Shown here one piece after another: positions 47,189 to 58,415 of a stretch of 64,000 bases of DNA (position 1 is the first letter of the stretch; the number at the start of each line of letters is the position of its first letter). The DNA comes from Candidatus Poribacteria bacterium. Lineage in GTDB: Bacteria; Poribacteria; WGA-4E; PCPOR2b. Location: assembly GCA_965215015.1 (NCBI GenBank), contig OZ244042.1, positions 1,888,001 to 1,952,000 on the forward strand. Reading direction: 5' to 3'. A model generated the notes under the pieces. That model ran no database searches and was not told where the DNA came from. It was given only the letters and a program-made list of their open reading frames with translations. The position numbers and the translations under genes are program-made.

Positions 47189-48970
47189 ATGGGAAATTAC
47201 GATTTTGCTATTGGTATGGGTGGGGCACCCGGCCAAGGTATTGAGAGTAGTGGACCACTGCTGTTGAGGATTTGTGCGCGGCGTGGCGTTTATGCGTTCA
47301 CCTACAGTGCCTACCAATCCCTCATCCGTGGCGGCCACACCTTCTTAACCATGCGCCTCTGCTCCGAACCCATCGCAAACCATGGTGATAAGATTGACTT
47401 GGTCATTGCCTTGAACCAAGACGCAATGGACAAACACCTTCAGAACGTTGTCCCCGGAGGGGCAATTCTCTATAACAGCGACAACACGAAGCCCGAAGCG
47501 GAGGTCCCAGAGGGCGTTCAGCTATGTCCACTCTCCTTTAAGGAGCTGTCTAATAATAGCCGAAACCGAATCATGCTAAATACCTTGTTGCTTGGTGCCA
47601 CGCTTAACATGATTGGCGCAGGCTTGGAACAGTTGGAAAATATTTTAACAATCCAGTTCCAACGTAAGGGGCAGGACGTTGTTGACGAAAACGTCGGTAT
47701 CGCCAGAGCGGGGTTCGATTATGCTGCTGAACATTTCACACCGTTCCCCATATCATTGCCAGAGCAAGACAAACCGCTGGCGGTAACAACCGGCAACGAC
47801 ATGATGGCAATGGGGGGCGCAGCAGCCGGCGTCAAATTCTATTGCGCCTACCCGATGAGCCCTTCGACCGGTGTGTTGCACTGGATGGCTACCAACGCCC
47901 GCGACTTGGGGATCATGGTACGGCAGGTTGAAGACGAAATCGGGGTCGCTAATATGGCAATCGGTGCCGCCCATGGCGGTTGCCGGGCGATGTGTGCCAC
48001 CTCCGGCGGCGGGTTCGCCCTGATGACTGAAGCTATCGGTAGTGCCGGAATGATGGAAATTCCCGTAGTTATTATTAATGTCCAACGCGGGGGGCCATCG
48101 ACCGGGCTACCAACCAAGACCGAACAAGGGGACCTGTGGCAGCTACTTGGTGCCAGCCAAGGCGACTTCCCCAAAATTATTGTCGCGCCAACCAGTATCG
48201 TTGATGGTTTCGATGTCATTCCAGAACTCTTCAATTTGGTTGATAAGTATCAGTGCCCGGGGATGGTCATTTCCGACCTCACACTCTCTATGGGATACAC
48301 CAATATCGATCCAGAGCTTATCAATTGGAATCAGAAAATTGATCGCGGCGAGATTATCACTGAAGATAACGGTTCAGACGACAAATACCAACGTTTTAAA
48401 ATTACCGAGAGTGGTATTTCTCCACGAGCGTTGCCCGGAACACCGGGACATGTCCATGTTGTCGCGACGGATGACCATGATGAAGATGGAGTGCTGATTA
48501 GTGATGAGTTCACGAATCCCCACAAACGCCGAGACATCATGGAAAAACGCCAGCGTAAGATGGATGGCATTATGGAGGAATTGCCAGCTCCCACCCTGAC
48601 AGGACCCGAAGATGCAGAACTCACCCTGATCGGTTGGGGCTCAACAGAAAGCCTCCTCAGCGAAGCAGCAAGTCTGCTCAGAGCAGACGGGCACAGTACG
48701 AACCATATACACTTCAGATGGATCTACCCAATGGACACAGAGAAGGTGAATCAGCTGCTCTCGAAGTGTAAACGTGCTATTATTGTTGAAGGTAACTATA
48801 CCGGTCAGTTTGCTCGCTTCCTGCGGGGCGAAACCGGCTTCAAGGCTAACGGCCACATCCGTAAATATGACGGTGAGCCATTCATGCCGCACCACATCGT
48901 TGACGGCGCGAAAGAGATTGAGGCAGGCAAGACCGAGTTGTATATCCCGTATCAGGAAATTGTAGTTTAA
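47189..48970 (+). CDS. 2-oxoacid:ferredoxin oxidoreductase alpha subunit (gamma-alpha fusion)
   Basis: GGAPGQG, IRGG, AYPMSPS, QVEDE, TSGGG, QRGGPSTG.PTKTEQ. Confidence 0.93.
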   Translation: MGNYDFAIGMGGAPGQGIESSGPLLLRICARRGVYAFTYSAYQSLIRGGHTFLTMRLCSEPIANHGDKIDLVIALNQDAMDKHLQNVVPGGAILYNSDNTKPEAEVPEGVQLCPLSFKELSNNSRNRIMLNTLLLGATLNMIGAGLEQLENILTIQFQRKGQDVVDENVGIARAGFDYAAEHFTPFPISLPEQDKPLAVTTGNDMMAMGGAAAGVKFYCAYPMSPSTGVLHWMATNARDLGIMVRQVEDEIGVANMAIGAAHGGCRAMCATSGGGFALMTEAIGSAGMMEIPVVIINVQRGGPSTGLPTKTEQGDLWQLLGASQGDFPKIIVAPTSIVDGFDVIPELFNLVDKYQCPGMVISDLTLSMGYTNIDPELINWNQKIDRGEIITEDNGSDDKYQRFKITESGISPRALPGTPGHVHVVATDDHDEDGVLISDEFTNPHKRRDIMEKRQRKMDGIMEELPAPTLTGPEDAELTLIGWGSTESLLSEAASLLRADGHSTNHIHFRWIYPMDTEKVNQLLSKCKRAIIVEGNYTGQFARFLRGETGFKANGHIRKYDGEPFMPHHIVDGAKEIEAGKTELYIPYQEIVV

Positions 48971-48982
48971 GGAGGAATTAAG

Positions 48983-49882
48983 ATGGCAAACGATGGAAAA
49001 CCCATAAAGGCAGCTCCTACAGCGAAAGATTTTAAAGGAAGCATTTCCCCGGATTGGTGCCCCGGATGCGGGGATTTTGGCGTGTTGAGATCTCTTGAAA
49101 TCGCTTGTGCTAAAACTGGACGCGAACCGCATGAATTTATCACGATTAGCGGAATTGGCTGCTCGTCCAACTTGCCCGGATTCATCAACACCTATGGGAT
49201 GCACACCCTACATGGACGGTCACTTGCTGTGGCGACGGGGATGAAACTCTCCAATCATGAGATGAAAGTCATTGTCACAGGAGGCGATGGCGATGGATAT
49301 GGGATCGGCGGAAATCATTTCCTGCACACCACCCGCCGCAATATCGATCTCCTGTATATTGTGATGAACAACCAAATCTATGGATTGACGATTGGTCAAA
49401 CCTCGCCCACAAGCGAAATGGGCATGAAGACCAAGAGTACCCCTTTTGGCAGTGTCGAACAACCTCTGAATCCGCTCGCGTTGGCGATCCTCTCCGGCGC
49501 AACCTATGTAGCCCGAGGGTTTAGCGGCGACACCAAGCACCTCGCTGAATTGATGTATAGAGGGATTGAGCATAACGGGTTCGCACTCGTGGACGTCTTC
49601 AGTCCCTGTATCACCTTCAATAAGGATAACACCTTCGCTTTCTTCAAACAGCGCGTGAATAAGCTCGAAGAAGAAGGACATGATCCCACCGACATGCAAG
49701 CTGCCCTTCAACAAGCCATGATTTGGGGAGATGAGATTCCTATCGGTCTGTTTTATGAGGACACAACCCGTGAGGCGTTGGAAGACCTCGAACCGGTCCT
49801 GCAGGAAGGTGCTATGGGTAGAAGGACAAATCTCGCCATTACAAAAGAGCAAGGTGAATCGATTGTCAAACAGATGATGTAA
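48983..49882 (+). CDS. 2-oxoacid:ferredoxin oxidoreductase beta subunit
   Basis: WCPGCG, SGIGCS, HGR, and the GDGD...NN TPP-binding motif. Confidence 0.94.
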   Translation: MANDGKPIKAAPTAKDFKGSISPDWCPGCGDFGVLRSLEIACAKTGREPHEFITISGIGCSSNLPGFINTYGMHTLHGRSLAVATGMKLSNHEMKVIVTGGDGDGYGIGGNHFLHTTRRNIDLLYIVMNNQIYGLTIGQTSPTSEMGMKTKSTPFGSVEQPLNPLALAILSGATYVARGFSGDTKHLAELMYRGIEHNGFALVDVFSPCITFNKDNTFAFFKQRVNKLEEEGHDPTDMQAALQQAMIWGDEIPIGLFYEDTTREALEDLEPVLQEGAMGRRTNLAITKEQGESIVKQMM

Positions 49883-49937
49883 GCTAGGCCGCGAGGCAAC
49901 CAGCCTAACACAATCTATATCCGTTACAACCGTAAAT

Positions 49938-49975
49938 CAGCCTGAAATCGTTAACCCGATTTCAGGCTGTTTTTC
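49938..49975 (+). terminator. Rho-independent terminator between the OFOR genes and the convergent tRNAs
   Basis: CAGCCTGAAATCG-loop-CGATTTCAGGCTG followed by TTTTT. Confidence 0.85.
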
Positions 49976-49994
49976 TTTCTGTTCTTAGAGAAAA

Positions 49995-50070
49995 TGGTGG
50001 GGCGTACTGGATTTGAACCAGTGCCTTCTACCGTGTGAAGGTAGCGCTCGTACCCCTGAGCTAACGCCCC
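49995..50070 (-). tRNA. tRNA-Val (CAC)
   Basis: GGGGCGTTAGCTCAG...CTACC-TTCACAC-GGTAG...GGTTCAAATCC...ACGCCCCACCA; cloverleaf with encoded CCA. Confidence 0.95.
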
Positions 50071-50114
50071 ATAAATTGAATCGCAGGAAAAGGAAAATCA
50101 AGACGGGAAGAAAG

Positions 50115-50190
50115 TGGTGGGCCCACTAGGATTTGAACCTAGGACCGGCCGGTTATGAGCCGGCTGCTCTAACCCCTGAGCTACAGGCCC
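50115..50190 (-). tRNA. tRNA with CAT anticodon, most likely tRNA-Ile2 (lysidine)
   Basis: GGGCCTGTAGCTCAG...CCGG-CTCATAA-CCGG...GGGCCCACCA. Lacks initiator features and lies downstream of rpoD. Confidence 0.88.
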
Positions 50191-50628
50191 CCCTTGAATT
50201 GCACAACTACTATAACGCAAGTTGCTAATGGTAGGTATATTCCGTATGCCGTAACCCCTATTTAATCATTCATTGACCTATTGCTGTATGTCTAGCGTTC
50301 AGCAGGTCAATGAACGAATGAACCCATAATGAACTTCTTACGCATTAAATTCCACATTCCGTACTCTGGCAGGCACCGGAACAATAACTAGGTTCTGTTG
50401 ACATTTGACAAATCGAACCCCATCTTCGTGCCAAGAGTATTTTGGACAGGCACAAGACCTGCCCCTACATTAAGGCGATGCTTGTGGAAGGGCAACCCTT
50501 GGGATTGCGTTGCTGGCGGTCAATTTTCCAAAATCAACATTAGCGGGCTCATCTTTTGGCGGATTACCCGATGATTACAGCATTTGCCGAGTTGGCGACA
50601 GCAAAATATCAACTAACAACTTAAGGTT

Positions 50629-50657
50629 ATTATAAAAGTTTGTCGTAGATTTGTCAA
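50629..50657 (-). promoter_or_regulatory. Consensus sigma70 promoter pointing to the tRNA pair
   Basis: Minus-strand TTGACA-17 bp-TATAAT just after the rpoD stop. Confidence 0.75.
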
Positions 50658-50667
50658 CGAAAATCTC

Positions 50668-52446
50668 TTAACTATCAAGAAAGCCGCGCAGCTGCTGACT
50701 CCGGATGGGGTGACGCAATTTTCGCAGTGCTTTGGCCTCTATCTGACGTATCCGTTCGCGGGTGACTTGAAACTCCGTACCAACCTCCTCCAGGGTCCGA
50801 GGGTACCCATCCCCAATCCCAAATCTCAAGCGGATGACCTTCGCCTCGCGATCCGTCAACGTCCGAAGCACCTCTTCGATACGCTCCTTGAGCATGGTAA
50901 ACGTTGCTTCGGCAACAGGGGACTTTGAAGCTTTATCTTCAATAAAATCTCGGAGTTGGCTATCCTCATCCTCTCCGACCGAGGTTTCTAAAGAAATTGG
51001 CTCCTGTGCAATCCGAAACACCTGTCGCACTTTATCAATGGATATATCCATCTCGCCAGCGATTTCCTCCGGTAGAGGTTCTCTGCCCTTCTCCTGAACA
51101 AGGTAACGGGAGGTGCGAATCAGTTTATTGATCGTCTCGATCATATGGACAGGGATACGAATCGTGCGGGCCTGATCGGCGATAGCACGGGTAATTCCTT
51201 GACGAATCCACCATGTCGCATAAGTGCTAAACTTATAACCCCGCTTGTACTCGAATTTGTCCACAGCTTTCATCAAGCCGATATTCCCCTCCTGAATAAG
51301 GTCCAGAAACGTCAATCCCGGCGTTCGATTTCTATATTTTTTCGCAATGCTGACGACAAGCCGAAGGTTAGCTTCAATAATCGTCATCTTGGCTTCCTGT
51401 GCTGCCGCTTCTCCCGCGTGGATGCGCTGAGTCGCACAGTTCAGCTGTTCACGGGACGCGCCAATTTTACGCTCCAATCTTTTGATGGTCCGCCTCGCTT
51501 TAACAATCTCCCGGTTATATTCCTTGAGCTTCTCGACACAGTCAGGAACAGCTGATTTTACCTTACCCAGTGTATACTCCTGAACCTGCTGACAGATTTC
51601 AGCCGCGGATAGGCCAGACGCCTTCTCAACCTGTGTCACCTGCTTTTGTAAGTTTGCCATGTGGGTCGCAATATCTTTAATCTTATCTGCAATTTTACTA
51701 ATCTCTTCACGATCGATTTTCAGTTCCTTGAGCGTTTCCACCAATCTTAAACGGTCACATTCAATCTTTTTACGAAGGGCTTCTGCCTCCTTAGTAGGCA
51801 GCTTTTCATAGCTTAGCTTGCGTTCTTGGAGGCGTATTTCTAAATCTATCTCCTTCAAATCTACCATCAGTTCCCGTGCTATCTTCAGGTATTTCTCTTC
51901 TTTGTCATTAGCAGATGTGCTTGAAACCTCCACCGAAATCACATCAGAAGCCTTTTTCTCACCGATTAAAATTTGATTCAGCAGTTTCCGAACCTCTGCA
52001 ATTGCGATCGGTGTTTCAAATATTGTCTCCTCGACCTGACGATGCCCTTCTTCAATCTGCCTTGATAAAGAAACCTCTTGCTGCTTAGTCAGCAAAGAAA
52101 TACTTCCCATCTCACGTAGATACACCTTCACCGGATCGTCAACCTTATCGAGTTTCCCCGGATCCAGTGATAACTCATCACAATCAGTATCGTCGTAATC
52201 TTCATTGTCGGAGTAGTTAGGGGTATCAAAATTGGCTGCTTGATTGATAACTTTGAAATTCATTGTTAAATCTCCTTCATCAAGATCTGTTGGATTTTCT
52301 GAAAGGTTAATTTCTTCTAAATCAATTTGAAGTAGGTCATCAAGATCGTCCGGTGGTGAAGGATTCGGCTGCTCATCATATTCAAGAAAATGTTTCTCTT
52401 TGCCTATATTGATCAAGCGATTATCTACTTTAGTTCCGGAAGCCAT
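50668..52446 (-). CDS. rpoD: RNA polymerase primary sigma factor
   Basis: [57 protein letters not shown]. Confidence 0.96.
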   Translation of the reverse strand: MASGTKVDNRLINIGKEKHFLEYDEQPNPSPPDDLDDLLQIDLEEINLSENPTDLDEGDLTMNFKVINQAANFDTPNYSDNEDYDDTDCDELSLDPGKLDKVDDPVKVYLREMGSISLLTKQQEVSLSRQIEEGHRQVEETIFETPIAIAEVRKLLNQILIGEKKASDVISVEVSSTSANDKEEKYLKIARELMVDLKEIDLEIRLQERKLSYEKLPTKEAEALRKKIECDRLRLVETLKELKIDREEISKIADKIKDIATHMANLQKQVTQVEKASGLSAAEICQQVQEYTLGKVKSAVPDCVEKLKEYNREIVKARRTIKRLERKIGASREQLNCATQRIHAGEAAAQEAKMTIIEANLRLVVSIAKKYRNRTPGLTFLDLIQEGNIGLMKAVDKFEYKRGYKFSTYATWWIRQGITRAIADQARTIRIPVHMIETINKLIRTSRYLVQEKGREPLPEEIAGEMDISIDKVRQVFRIAQEPISLETSVGEDEDSQLRDFIEDKASKSPVAEATFTMLKERIEEVLRTLTDREAKVIRLRFGIGDGYPRTLEEVGTEFQVTRERIRQIEAKALRKLRHPIRSQQLRGFLDS

Positions 52447-52489
52447 TGTGGTTTATTCTCCTAGTGCCCCCCCAAAAAAATAACAGGGA

Positions 52490-54277
52490 TTAACGGGCTA
52501 ACTGTCTTCTTCGGTTTGAGAGTTCAACGAGCTCCGCAAGAATGCTTTTGCTGTTATTCCCTTGTGCAAGGGCTTCAGAACGCCTCATACGTTCAACATC
52601 CCACAACAGAAAATTTTTGAGTTTCTTCAGACACCCCTCTACTCGTGTGCTTAAATTTGGAGGAATTGTCTTTTTTAGAAGAGCCTTGGAGATTATGCCT
52701 GTAATTTTTTCATTAGCACAAGCATTTATGAGATTCTGCATGTCAATAGTGGCATCACTATCACTCGCTTCCCAGAGCATTCTGCCAATGGTCGCAAAGT
52801 CAGGATGGGTAAAATCTTGATAGTGAAAATTGGCCTTGGCAAGCGGAATCAGGTCGGGACCCTGTAACAGGGCTTCAATCAGTTGCCACTCAATTGATTC
52901 TCGAGGACTCCTCCTAGCCGTTGGTGCGGCGCGAGTGTGTCCCGGCGGCGTAACTGAACGAGATAGCTTAACGCCCAAACGCTGCAGTTCCCTCAAAAGC
53001 ACCGGTCGATCAACATCAAGCTCTTGCGCTGCATACTTCGTATATTCGCTGAGCTCAACCTGATTTTTGAGGTGCGATAGTGTCAAAGCAATCTCTTGGA
53101 TAGCCCGCGTTTTCACATCAATACGGTGGATTGCATGCTGCTGCGTCGCCCGTTGAATCTGAAATTCGATCAGATTCATCGCGGAATTGATGAGTTGGTT
53201 GAACGCATCAAGACCTTGAACGCGAATGAATTGATCCGGATCCGTGCCGGGGGGTAAGGTCGCAACCTGCACACGCAAGCCTGCCGCCAAGAGGATGTGT
53301 AAGCCGCGCAACGCCGCCTGAAAGCCAGCCGGATCGCTATCATAGAGGAGAATCGTTTCTTCGGCAAACCGCTTTAATAAATCGGCATGTGAGCTGCTAA
53401 ATGAAGTACCCAGCGACGCGACAGCATTTTGGACACCCGCTTGATACGGCATGAGCGCGTCAAAGTAGCCCTCAACAAGAATGACTTTCCCCTCTTTTTG
53501 GATCGCCGAACGCGCCTCGTATAAATTGTAAAGGGTTTTGCTCTTATCGTAAAGATCCGTGGTAGGAGAATTAAGATATTTAGGAAGTTGTCCTTCCGAC
53601 AGGGCACGGCCGCCAAATCCAAGGGGATTCCCCCCTACATCGCGGATTGGAAAGATAACGCGCCCTCGGAATCGATCCGTGGTTCCATGATCGTCGTTTC
53701 TAATGAGACCAACATCAATGAGTTGTTGGATTGAGAAACCGGCTTGTGTCGCAGCCTTAACGATATCTTGGTGACCCGGGGTCGCGTATCCGAGTTGAAA
53801 TTCCCGAATCGTTTGATCTTTGATGGATCGGTTTTTCAAGTATGCCAGCGCATAGCCACCAATTTTCGGATCCAAAAGCTGCCGATGGAAATGCTCCACT
53901 GCAAAGCGATTCAAATCTTGCAGTTCCAGGCGTTTTTGGCTAATTTGGCGTGCTCTTCCATCCTGGGTTGGCAGCAGAATGCCTGCACGCTCTGACAGCC
54001 ATTCCATCGCTTCCATAAAAGATTTGCCGTCATACTTCCTAAGGAAGCTAATGACATTACCACCGGCACCACACCCAAAACAGTAAAACGCCTGCTTTTC
54101 AGGGGAGACGTTAAAGGAGGGAGTTTTCTCGTCGTGGAAGGGACAAAGACCTTTATAAGCTTTACCAACAGCCTTCAACAGAACCCCACACTCCGATATC
54201 ACTTCGACAATATCGTTCTGTGCACAAATGTTATCAAGTATCTCGCGTGGAATGTAGTTAGAAGCCTGTCTCATCAC
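52490..54277 (-). CDS. dnaG: DNA primase
   Basis: CPFH..C..C zinc finger, KYLNSP, VEGYFD, YDSD TOPRIM, DPD. Confidence 0.96.
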   Translation of the reverse strand: MMRQASNYIPREILDNICAQNDIVEVISECGVLLKAVGKAYKGLCPFHDEKTPSFNVSPEKQAFYCFGCGAGGNVISFLRKYDGKSFMEAMEWLSERAGILLPTQDGRARQISQKRLELQDLNRFAVEHFHRQLLDPKIGGYALAYLKNRSIKDQTIREFQLGYATPGHQDIVKAATQAGFSIQQLIDVGLIRNDDHGTTDRFRGRVIFPIRDVGGNPLGFGGRALSEGQLPKYLNSPTTDLYDKSKTLYNLYEARSAIQKEGKVILVEGYFDALMPYQAGVQNAVASLGTSFSSSHADLLKRFAEETILLYDSDPAGFQAALRGLHILLAAGLRVQVATLPPGTDPDQFIRVQGLDAFNQLINSAMNLIEFQIQRATQQHAIHRIDVKTRAIQEIALTLSHLKNQVELSEYTKYAAQELDVDRPVLLRELQRLGVKLSRSVTPPGHTRAAPTARRSPRESIEWQLIEALLQGPDLIPLAKANFHYQDFTHPDFATIGRMLWEASDSDATIDMQNLINACANEKITGIISKALLKKTIPPNLSTRVEGCLKKLKNFLLWDVERMRRSEALAQGNNSKSILAELVELSNRRRQLAR

Positions 54278-54640
54278 AACTCACCTTCGTCTGATACAGG
54301 TTTAGATTTGCTTTTCCCTGGTCAAGCCTTGCCCGATTTTCCAATCGAGCAACTCTGAAGAAACGAAATGGGAAATTTCAAACCGAAATCGGTACGAAAC
54401 GTGAAACGTACTGCGAAATCTGACGACTCAACCCAATGAATTGGGCAATGGTATTGATGGATCGGTTAACTTTCAAGGTTGTCGTTGCAATATTGACCAT
54501 GCCCTGTTGGAAGCCATCTTCTTCGATCGTCCTGTGAATTGAATAGTTGTCCCTCACAATTTTCCAGCGCTGCTCGCACAGAAAGGAAATTTTCTTAATG
54601 CGAACGGATAATTCTAAAATATTAGTCCAAATTTCTCTGA

Positions 54641-57061
54641 CTATTCCTTCAATGTGACAATCGTTGCACCTGCCCCGCCTTCGTTAAGGGCCGCCAATTG
54701 AAAATCATTCACTTGCGCGTGATCCTGCAAAAGGTCATGAATTGCAGCACGCAACGCCCCGGTGCCTTTGCCGTGAATAATCCGCACCCTCGGTAACCCC
54801 GCAAGAAACGCATCATCTATGTATTTATCGGTCGCCGCCCAAGCCTCATGGACCGTTTTTCCCTGCAGGTTCAACTCTGTTTTAACGTGCCCTGTCTTGC
54901 TATACTGGACAGCCAAGATTGACGTGGAGAGTTGACGTTTATTGTCTTTCGGGTGCACAGGCTCAATTTCCTCGTATGATACCCGCATCTGCATATGACC
55001 AATCTTGACGAGCAAAGGCGTTTTCCCATTTGAGATTGAGAAAACCTCGCCAAATTGGTTCAGGCTTCTCACACGGACCTTATCACCGACTCGCACCCTG
55101 ATGACATCGGGGTTTGGTTCTACCGAATCTTTTTGCTGCTGGTATTTCTGTTTCAGTTGCTGCTGTGCTCCTTCAATACGACTAAAAGCACTGCTGACAC
55201 TAGCTTTTGAGGCTTTCGCTCGCCGTACTTCTGCTATCGTCTGTTCAACAAGTTTACGAGCATCCTTGAGAATTGTAGCAGCTTCTTGCTCCGCTTGCTC
55301 CCGAAGTTCTTCCCGATCCGCGTCAATCTGGTTGACTAGTGTTTCGTGCTTTCTGGCAGCGATATCCGCCATCCGGAGCTTCTCCTGCACCATTTCACGT
55401 TCAATGTCAAGTTTGTTCTGAGACGCCTGCATACTGACGATCAAATCTTCCACAGCAACCGCCTGGTTGCCGGTATACGCTTTGGCAGCATCGGCAATCG
55501 CGTCAGGCATACCTAATCTTTGTGCAATTTTGAAGGCGTTACTGCTCCCGGGCACGCCAATCTGAAGGCGATAGGTAGGTTGCAGCGTTTGCCAATCAAA
55601 TTCCATTGAGGCATTTTCCATGCCTTCCTGTGCATGCGCGTACGCTTTCAGGGCACCGTAGTGGGTTGTAGCAACCGTACGCACCTTACGTGCCCCTAAC
55701 CAATCCAAGATTGCCATGCCGAGGGCCGCCCCTTCCGTTGGGTCTGTGCCTGCCCCAATTTCATCCAACAGCACCAACGAGTTTTCATCCGCTTTTTTCA
55801 GGATGGCGATAATCTTGGTAATATGGGACGAAAAGGTACTGAGATTCTGCTCAATACTCTGTTCATCGCCAATGTCAGCGAACATCTGATCGAAGATGCC
55901 AATTTCAACCCCCATCTTCGCGGGGAGGTGCAACCCCGACTGCGCCATGAGTGTCAATAATCCAATCGTTTTGAGGACAACAGTTTTCCCGCCAGTGTTC
56001 GGGCCGGTGATAACCATCGTGTGAAATGTGTCGCCCAGCGTTGCATCAGTTGGCACAATCCGCTCTGGTAAGTTTGGATCGCGTTCCTCTTCCTTCTGTT
56101 TGGCACTGTTCCGAAGCTTCATCTCAAGGAGCGGATGTCTCGCTTCTATCAGTTTGATAACACCCCGTGTGTTAAGCACTGGTTCAACGCCGTTAAGTTC
56201 TATGCTCAATCGCGCCTTTGCCCCTAAAAAATCCAAGCCCCCCAATATATCCAAGGCAAGCTCTAGTGCTGCCAAATGCTCGCGTACCAAGTCACTCAGC
56301 TTAAGTAGAATGCGCCGTATCTCTTGACGTTCCTCATCTGCCAGTTGGTGCAGTTCGTTGTTGAGATCGACAATGCCAAAAGGCTCGATGAAAGCGGTGG
56401 CCCCGCTTGAGGATTGACCCTGAACAACGCCGGGAAAATTGTGCTTTGAATCTTGTTTGATGGGAATGACATAACGCTCGTTGCGGGAGGTGATAACGTG
56501 TTCTTGGATGGACCGCTGATGGTGCGGAGACTGGAGGATAACCTCTAACTTTGATTGAATGCTTGTTCGTGTGTGTGCCAGCTTCCGGCGAATCGCTCGT
56601 AGCGCAGGGCTAGCATGATCAAGGACATCGCCATCTGGACTAAGACATCTGTCAATAGATTGGGTAATTTCAGGAAAGGTCGGCAGATTGCGAACAATCG
56701 AGGATAGCTTGGGAAAATCCTTCGGATTTCGCTTTTTGATGGCTCGCTGAACATGTTGGGCAGCCTCCGCCACGCGAGCAACGCCAAGCAATTCGTCCAC
56801 CTCCAGAATGGCACCGGGCTTAGACACCTTATGGAGCGTCGGAGAAATATCCTTCAAACCTTGCAGCGGAAAACCGTTGGAGGTTTGGTAGAAGGCCTTC
56901 GATTCGCTACATAATCGCTGCTGATAACGAATCGTGTCAACCTGCCGGAAAGGCTTCAACCTTGCTGCCCTTGACACCCCTAGTTGGGAATGTGTATACT
57001 GCTTAAGCAATGCCTTCAGCTTATCATATTCTAAGACTTTTTCAGTGTGAGGTGATATCAT
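54641..57061 (-). CDS. mutS2: Endonuclease MutS2
   Basis: TGPNTGGKT, LDEIGAGTDP, C-terminal Smr domain IIHGKGTG. Confidence 0.95.
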   Translation of the reverse strand: MISPHTEKVLEYDKLKALLKQYTHSQLGVSRAARLKPFRQVDTIRYQQRLCSESKAFYQTSNGFPLQGLKDISPTLHKVSKPGAILEVDELLGVARVAEAAQHVQRAIKKRNPKDFPKLSSIVRNLPTFPEITQSIDRCLSPDGDVLDHASPALRAIRRKLAHTRTSIQSKLEVILQSPHHQRSIQEHVITSRNERYVIPIKQDSKHNFPGVVQGQSSSGATAFIEPFGIVDLNNELHQLADEERQEIRRILLKLSDLVREHLAALELALDILGGLDFLGAKARLSIELNGVEPVLNTRGVIKLIEARHPLLEMKLRNSAKQKEEERDPNLPERIVPTDATLGDTFHTMVITGPNTGGKTVVLKTIGLLTLMAQSGLHLPAKMGVEIGIFDQMFADIGDEQSIEQNLSTFSSHITKIIAILKKADENSLVLLDEIGAGTDPTEGAALGMAILDWLGARKVRTVATTHYGALKAYAHAQEGMENASMEFDWQTLQPTYRLQIGVPGSSNAFKIAQRLGMPDAIADAAKAYTGNQAVAVEDLIVSMQASQNKLDIEREMVQEKLRMADIAARKHETLVNQIDADREELREQAEQEAATILKDARKLVEQTIAEVRRAKASKASVSSAFSRIEGAQQQLKQKYQQQKDSVEPNPDVIRVRVGDKVRVRSLNQFGEVFSISNGKTPLLVKIGHMQMRVSYEEIEPVHPKDNKRQLSTSILAVQYSKTGHVKTELNLQGKTVHEAWAATDKYIDDAFLAGLPRVRIIHGKGTGALRAAIHDLLQDHAQVNDFQLAALNEGGAGATIVTLKE

Positions 57062-57130
57062 AAGATTGACCTCATTCGCTGAATTGACCCAGTTTCCATG
57101 CTATGGGCAAATCAGCCAGTCCCAACAACT

Positions 57131-58240
57131 TCACTTCTGCACATGTTGAAGCTTGTCACGGTAGAAAAGTGCTTTTTCATAGAGTGTACGGGGCGGTGCA
57201 AACCCAAAAACTTTTTCATAAAAACTACGCCCACCGAGACCGACCGCTTCAACATAGTAGTACAAGGGATCCCGTCCTGCCGACTCAGCACGCCGAGCAT
57301 CACGCAGGTTTTTGAGAAAGTTGTTTGCAGTTTTTTCAAACCGATTGATAGCCTGGCGCCGCTCGTCGGTGAGTCCCCCATGAATATCCTTATCAACCTT
57401 GTAGTTGTGAATTGCTTCGGCATAAGCAGCAAAGGCACCATGATAGTTGCCTTCACTCTCCAACCCTTCAGCAGCTGTCAGATCCGGCGGCTGCGAAAGA
57501 GTCGCAATCAACGTTTTGGCACCGGGAATTAAGGCACGGCTTTTTTGCTGAATTGCTTTTGCTAGATTCGTTTCAAAGAGATCTATGATGTCTTTATAAA
57601 TTGCTAAGGCATTATCAAAATCACCGAGTTTCTCATAGCAACGGGCTTGACTCAATCGAAAATCCGAAAATGCGTAATCACGCATAGCAATCTGAGGCAA
57701 CTTATCCTCTGCGGGGGTATATGCCTCTAGTGCTTTTTGGTATTCGCCCCTCTGCTCATAGCAGCTGCCAATCGCTTTTTGAGCATACAAAGCGAGAATC
57801 TGGTTTTCCTGCTGATGCTCATTCACGACCGTTTGAAAGTGGGTAATTGCCCCGTCGTAATTCCCTTCATAATAATGTGCTTTTGCGTAATTGTATCGTG
57901 CTTTATCTGCGACAGAAGTTCCGGGATATGTTTGGAAAATGGTTTGAAGCTGGGTCGCAGCAGTTTCAAATGATTTTTCTGTCCCGTCCGCATCTAACCA
58001 ATCGCTCTCGGCTTCCTGATATTTCTCAAGGGCTTGGGTATACTTCAAAAAGGCTTCTGCGCGTGCACGCTGGTGCTGGTGCTGATAAAAAGCAAGACCA
58101 CCGACGACCAAAATCACTATTGCTACGCTAATGATAATCGATGTTAAGTTCTTCTTGAGAAATTCATATACTTGTAGCGTGCTGTCAACAAACTGATCAT
58201 TTTTTATATCTTCTTTTGTCAAACGTCTGCCTTGATCCAT
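57131..58240 (-). CDS. Membrane-anchored TPR protein (YfgM-like N-terminus)
   Basis: Single N-terminal TM followed by TPR-like helices. Confidence 0.8.
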   Translation of the reverse strand: MDQGRRLTKEDIKNDQFVDSTLQVYEFLKKNLTSIIISVAIVILVVGGLAFYQHQHQRARAEAFLKYTQALEKYQEAESDWLDADGTEKSFETAATQLQTIFQTYPGTSVADKARYNYAKAHYYEGNYDGAITHFQTVVNEHQQENQILALYAQKAIGSCYEQRGEYQKALEAYTPAEDKLPQIAMRDYAFSDFRLSQARCYEKLGDFDNALAIYKDIIDLFETNLAKAIQQKSRALIPGAKTLIATLSQPPDLTAAEGLESEGNYHGAFAAYAEAIHNYKVDKDIHGGLTDERRQAINRFEKTANNFLKNLRDARRAESAGRDPLYYYVEAVGLGGRSFYEKVFGFAPPRTLYEKALFYRDKLQHVQK

Positions 58241-58269
58241 CTATCTTCTCTTGAACCTCTACTTAATTG

Positions 58270-58403
58270 GAACGAAGAAATGAAACCGGAACCCCCCCTT
58301 ACGAAGGGAAATACGGTTCCCTCGTTGTCTCGTTTTCTTTTTCTTGCGTCTTAGTCCCCTTGCATTCCTACGTTTTATTGAAAACCAGTAACGACTTATC
58401 CCC
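58270..58403 (+). repeat. Short, diverged copy of dispersed repeat family D
   Basis: CGTTTTATTGAAAACCAGTAACGACTTATCCCC closely matches the reverse complement of 12586-12618. Confidence 0.65.
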
Positions 58404-58415
58404 TAACTGATAAAC

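Noticed and set aside
50115-50190. Initiator or elongator tRNA-Met call for the CAT tRNA
   Set aside because: It has a paired G1-C72 and lacks the three consecutive G-C anticodon-stem pairs of initiators. Sequence and rpoD linkage fit Ile2 better, though elongator Met is not fully excluded.
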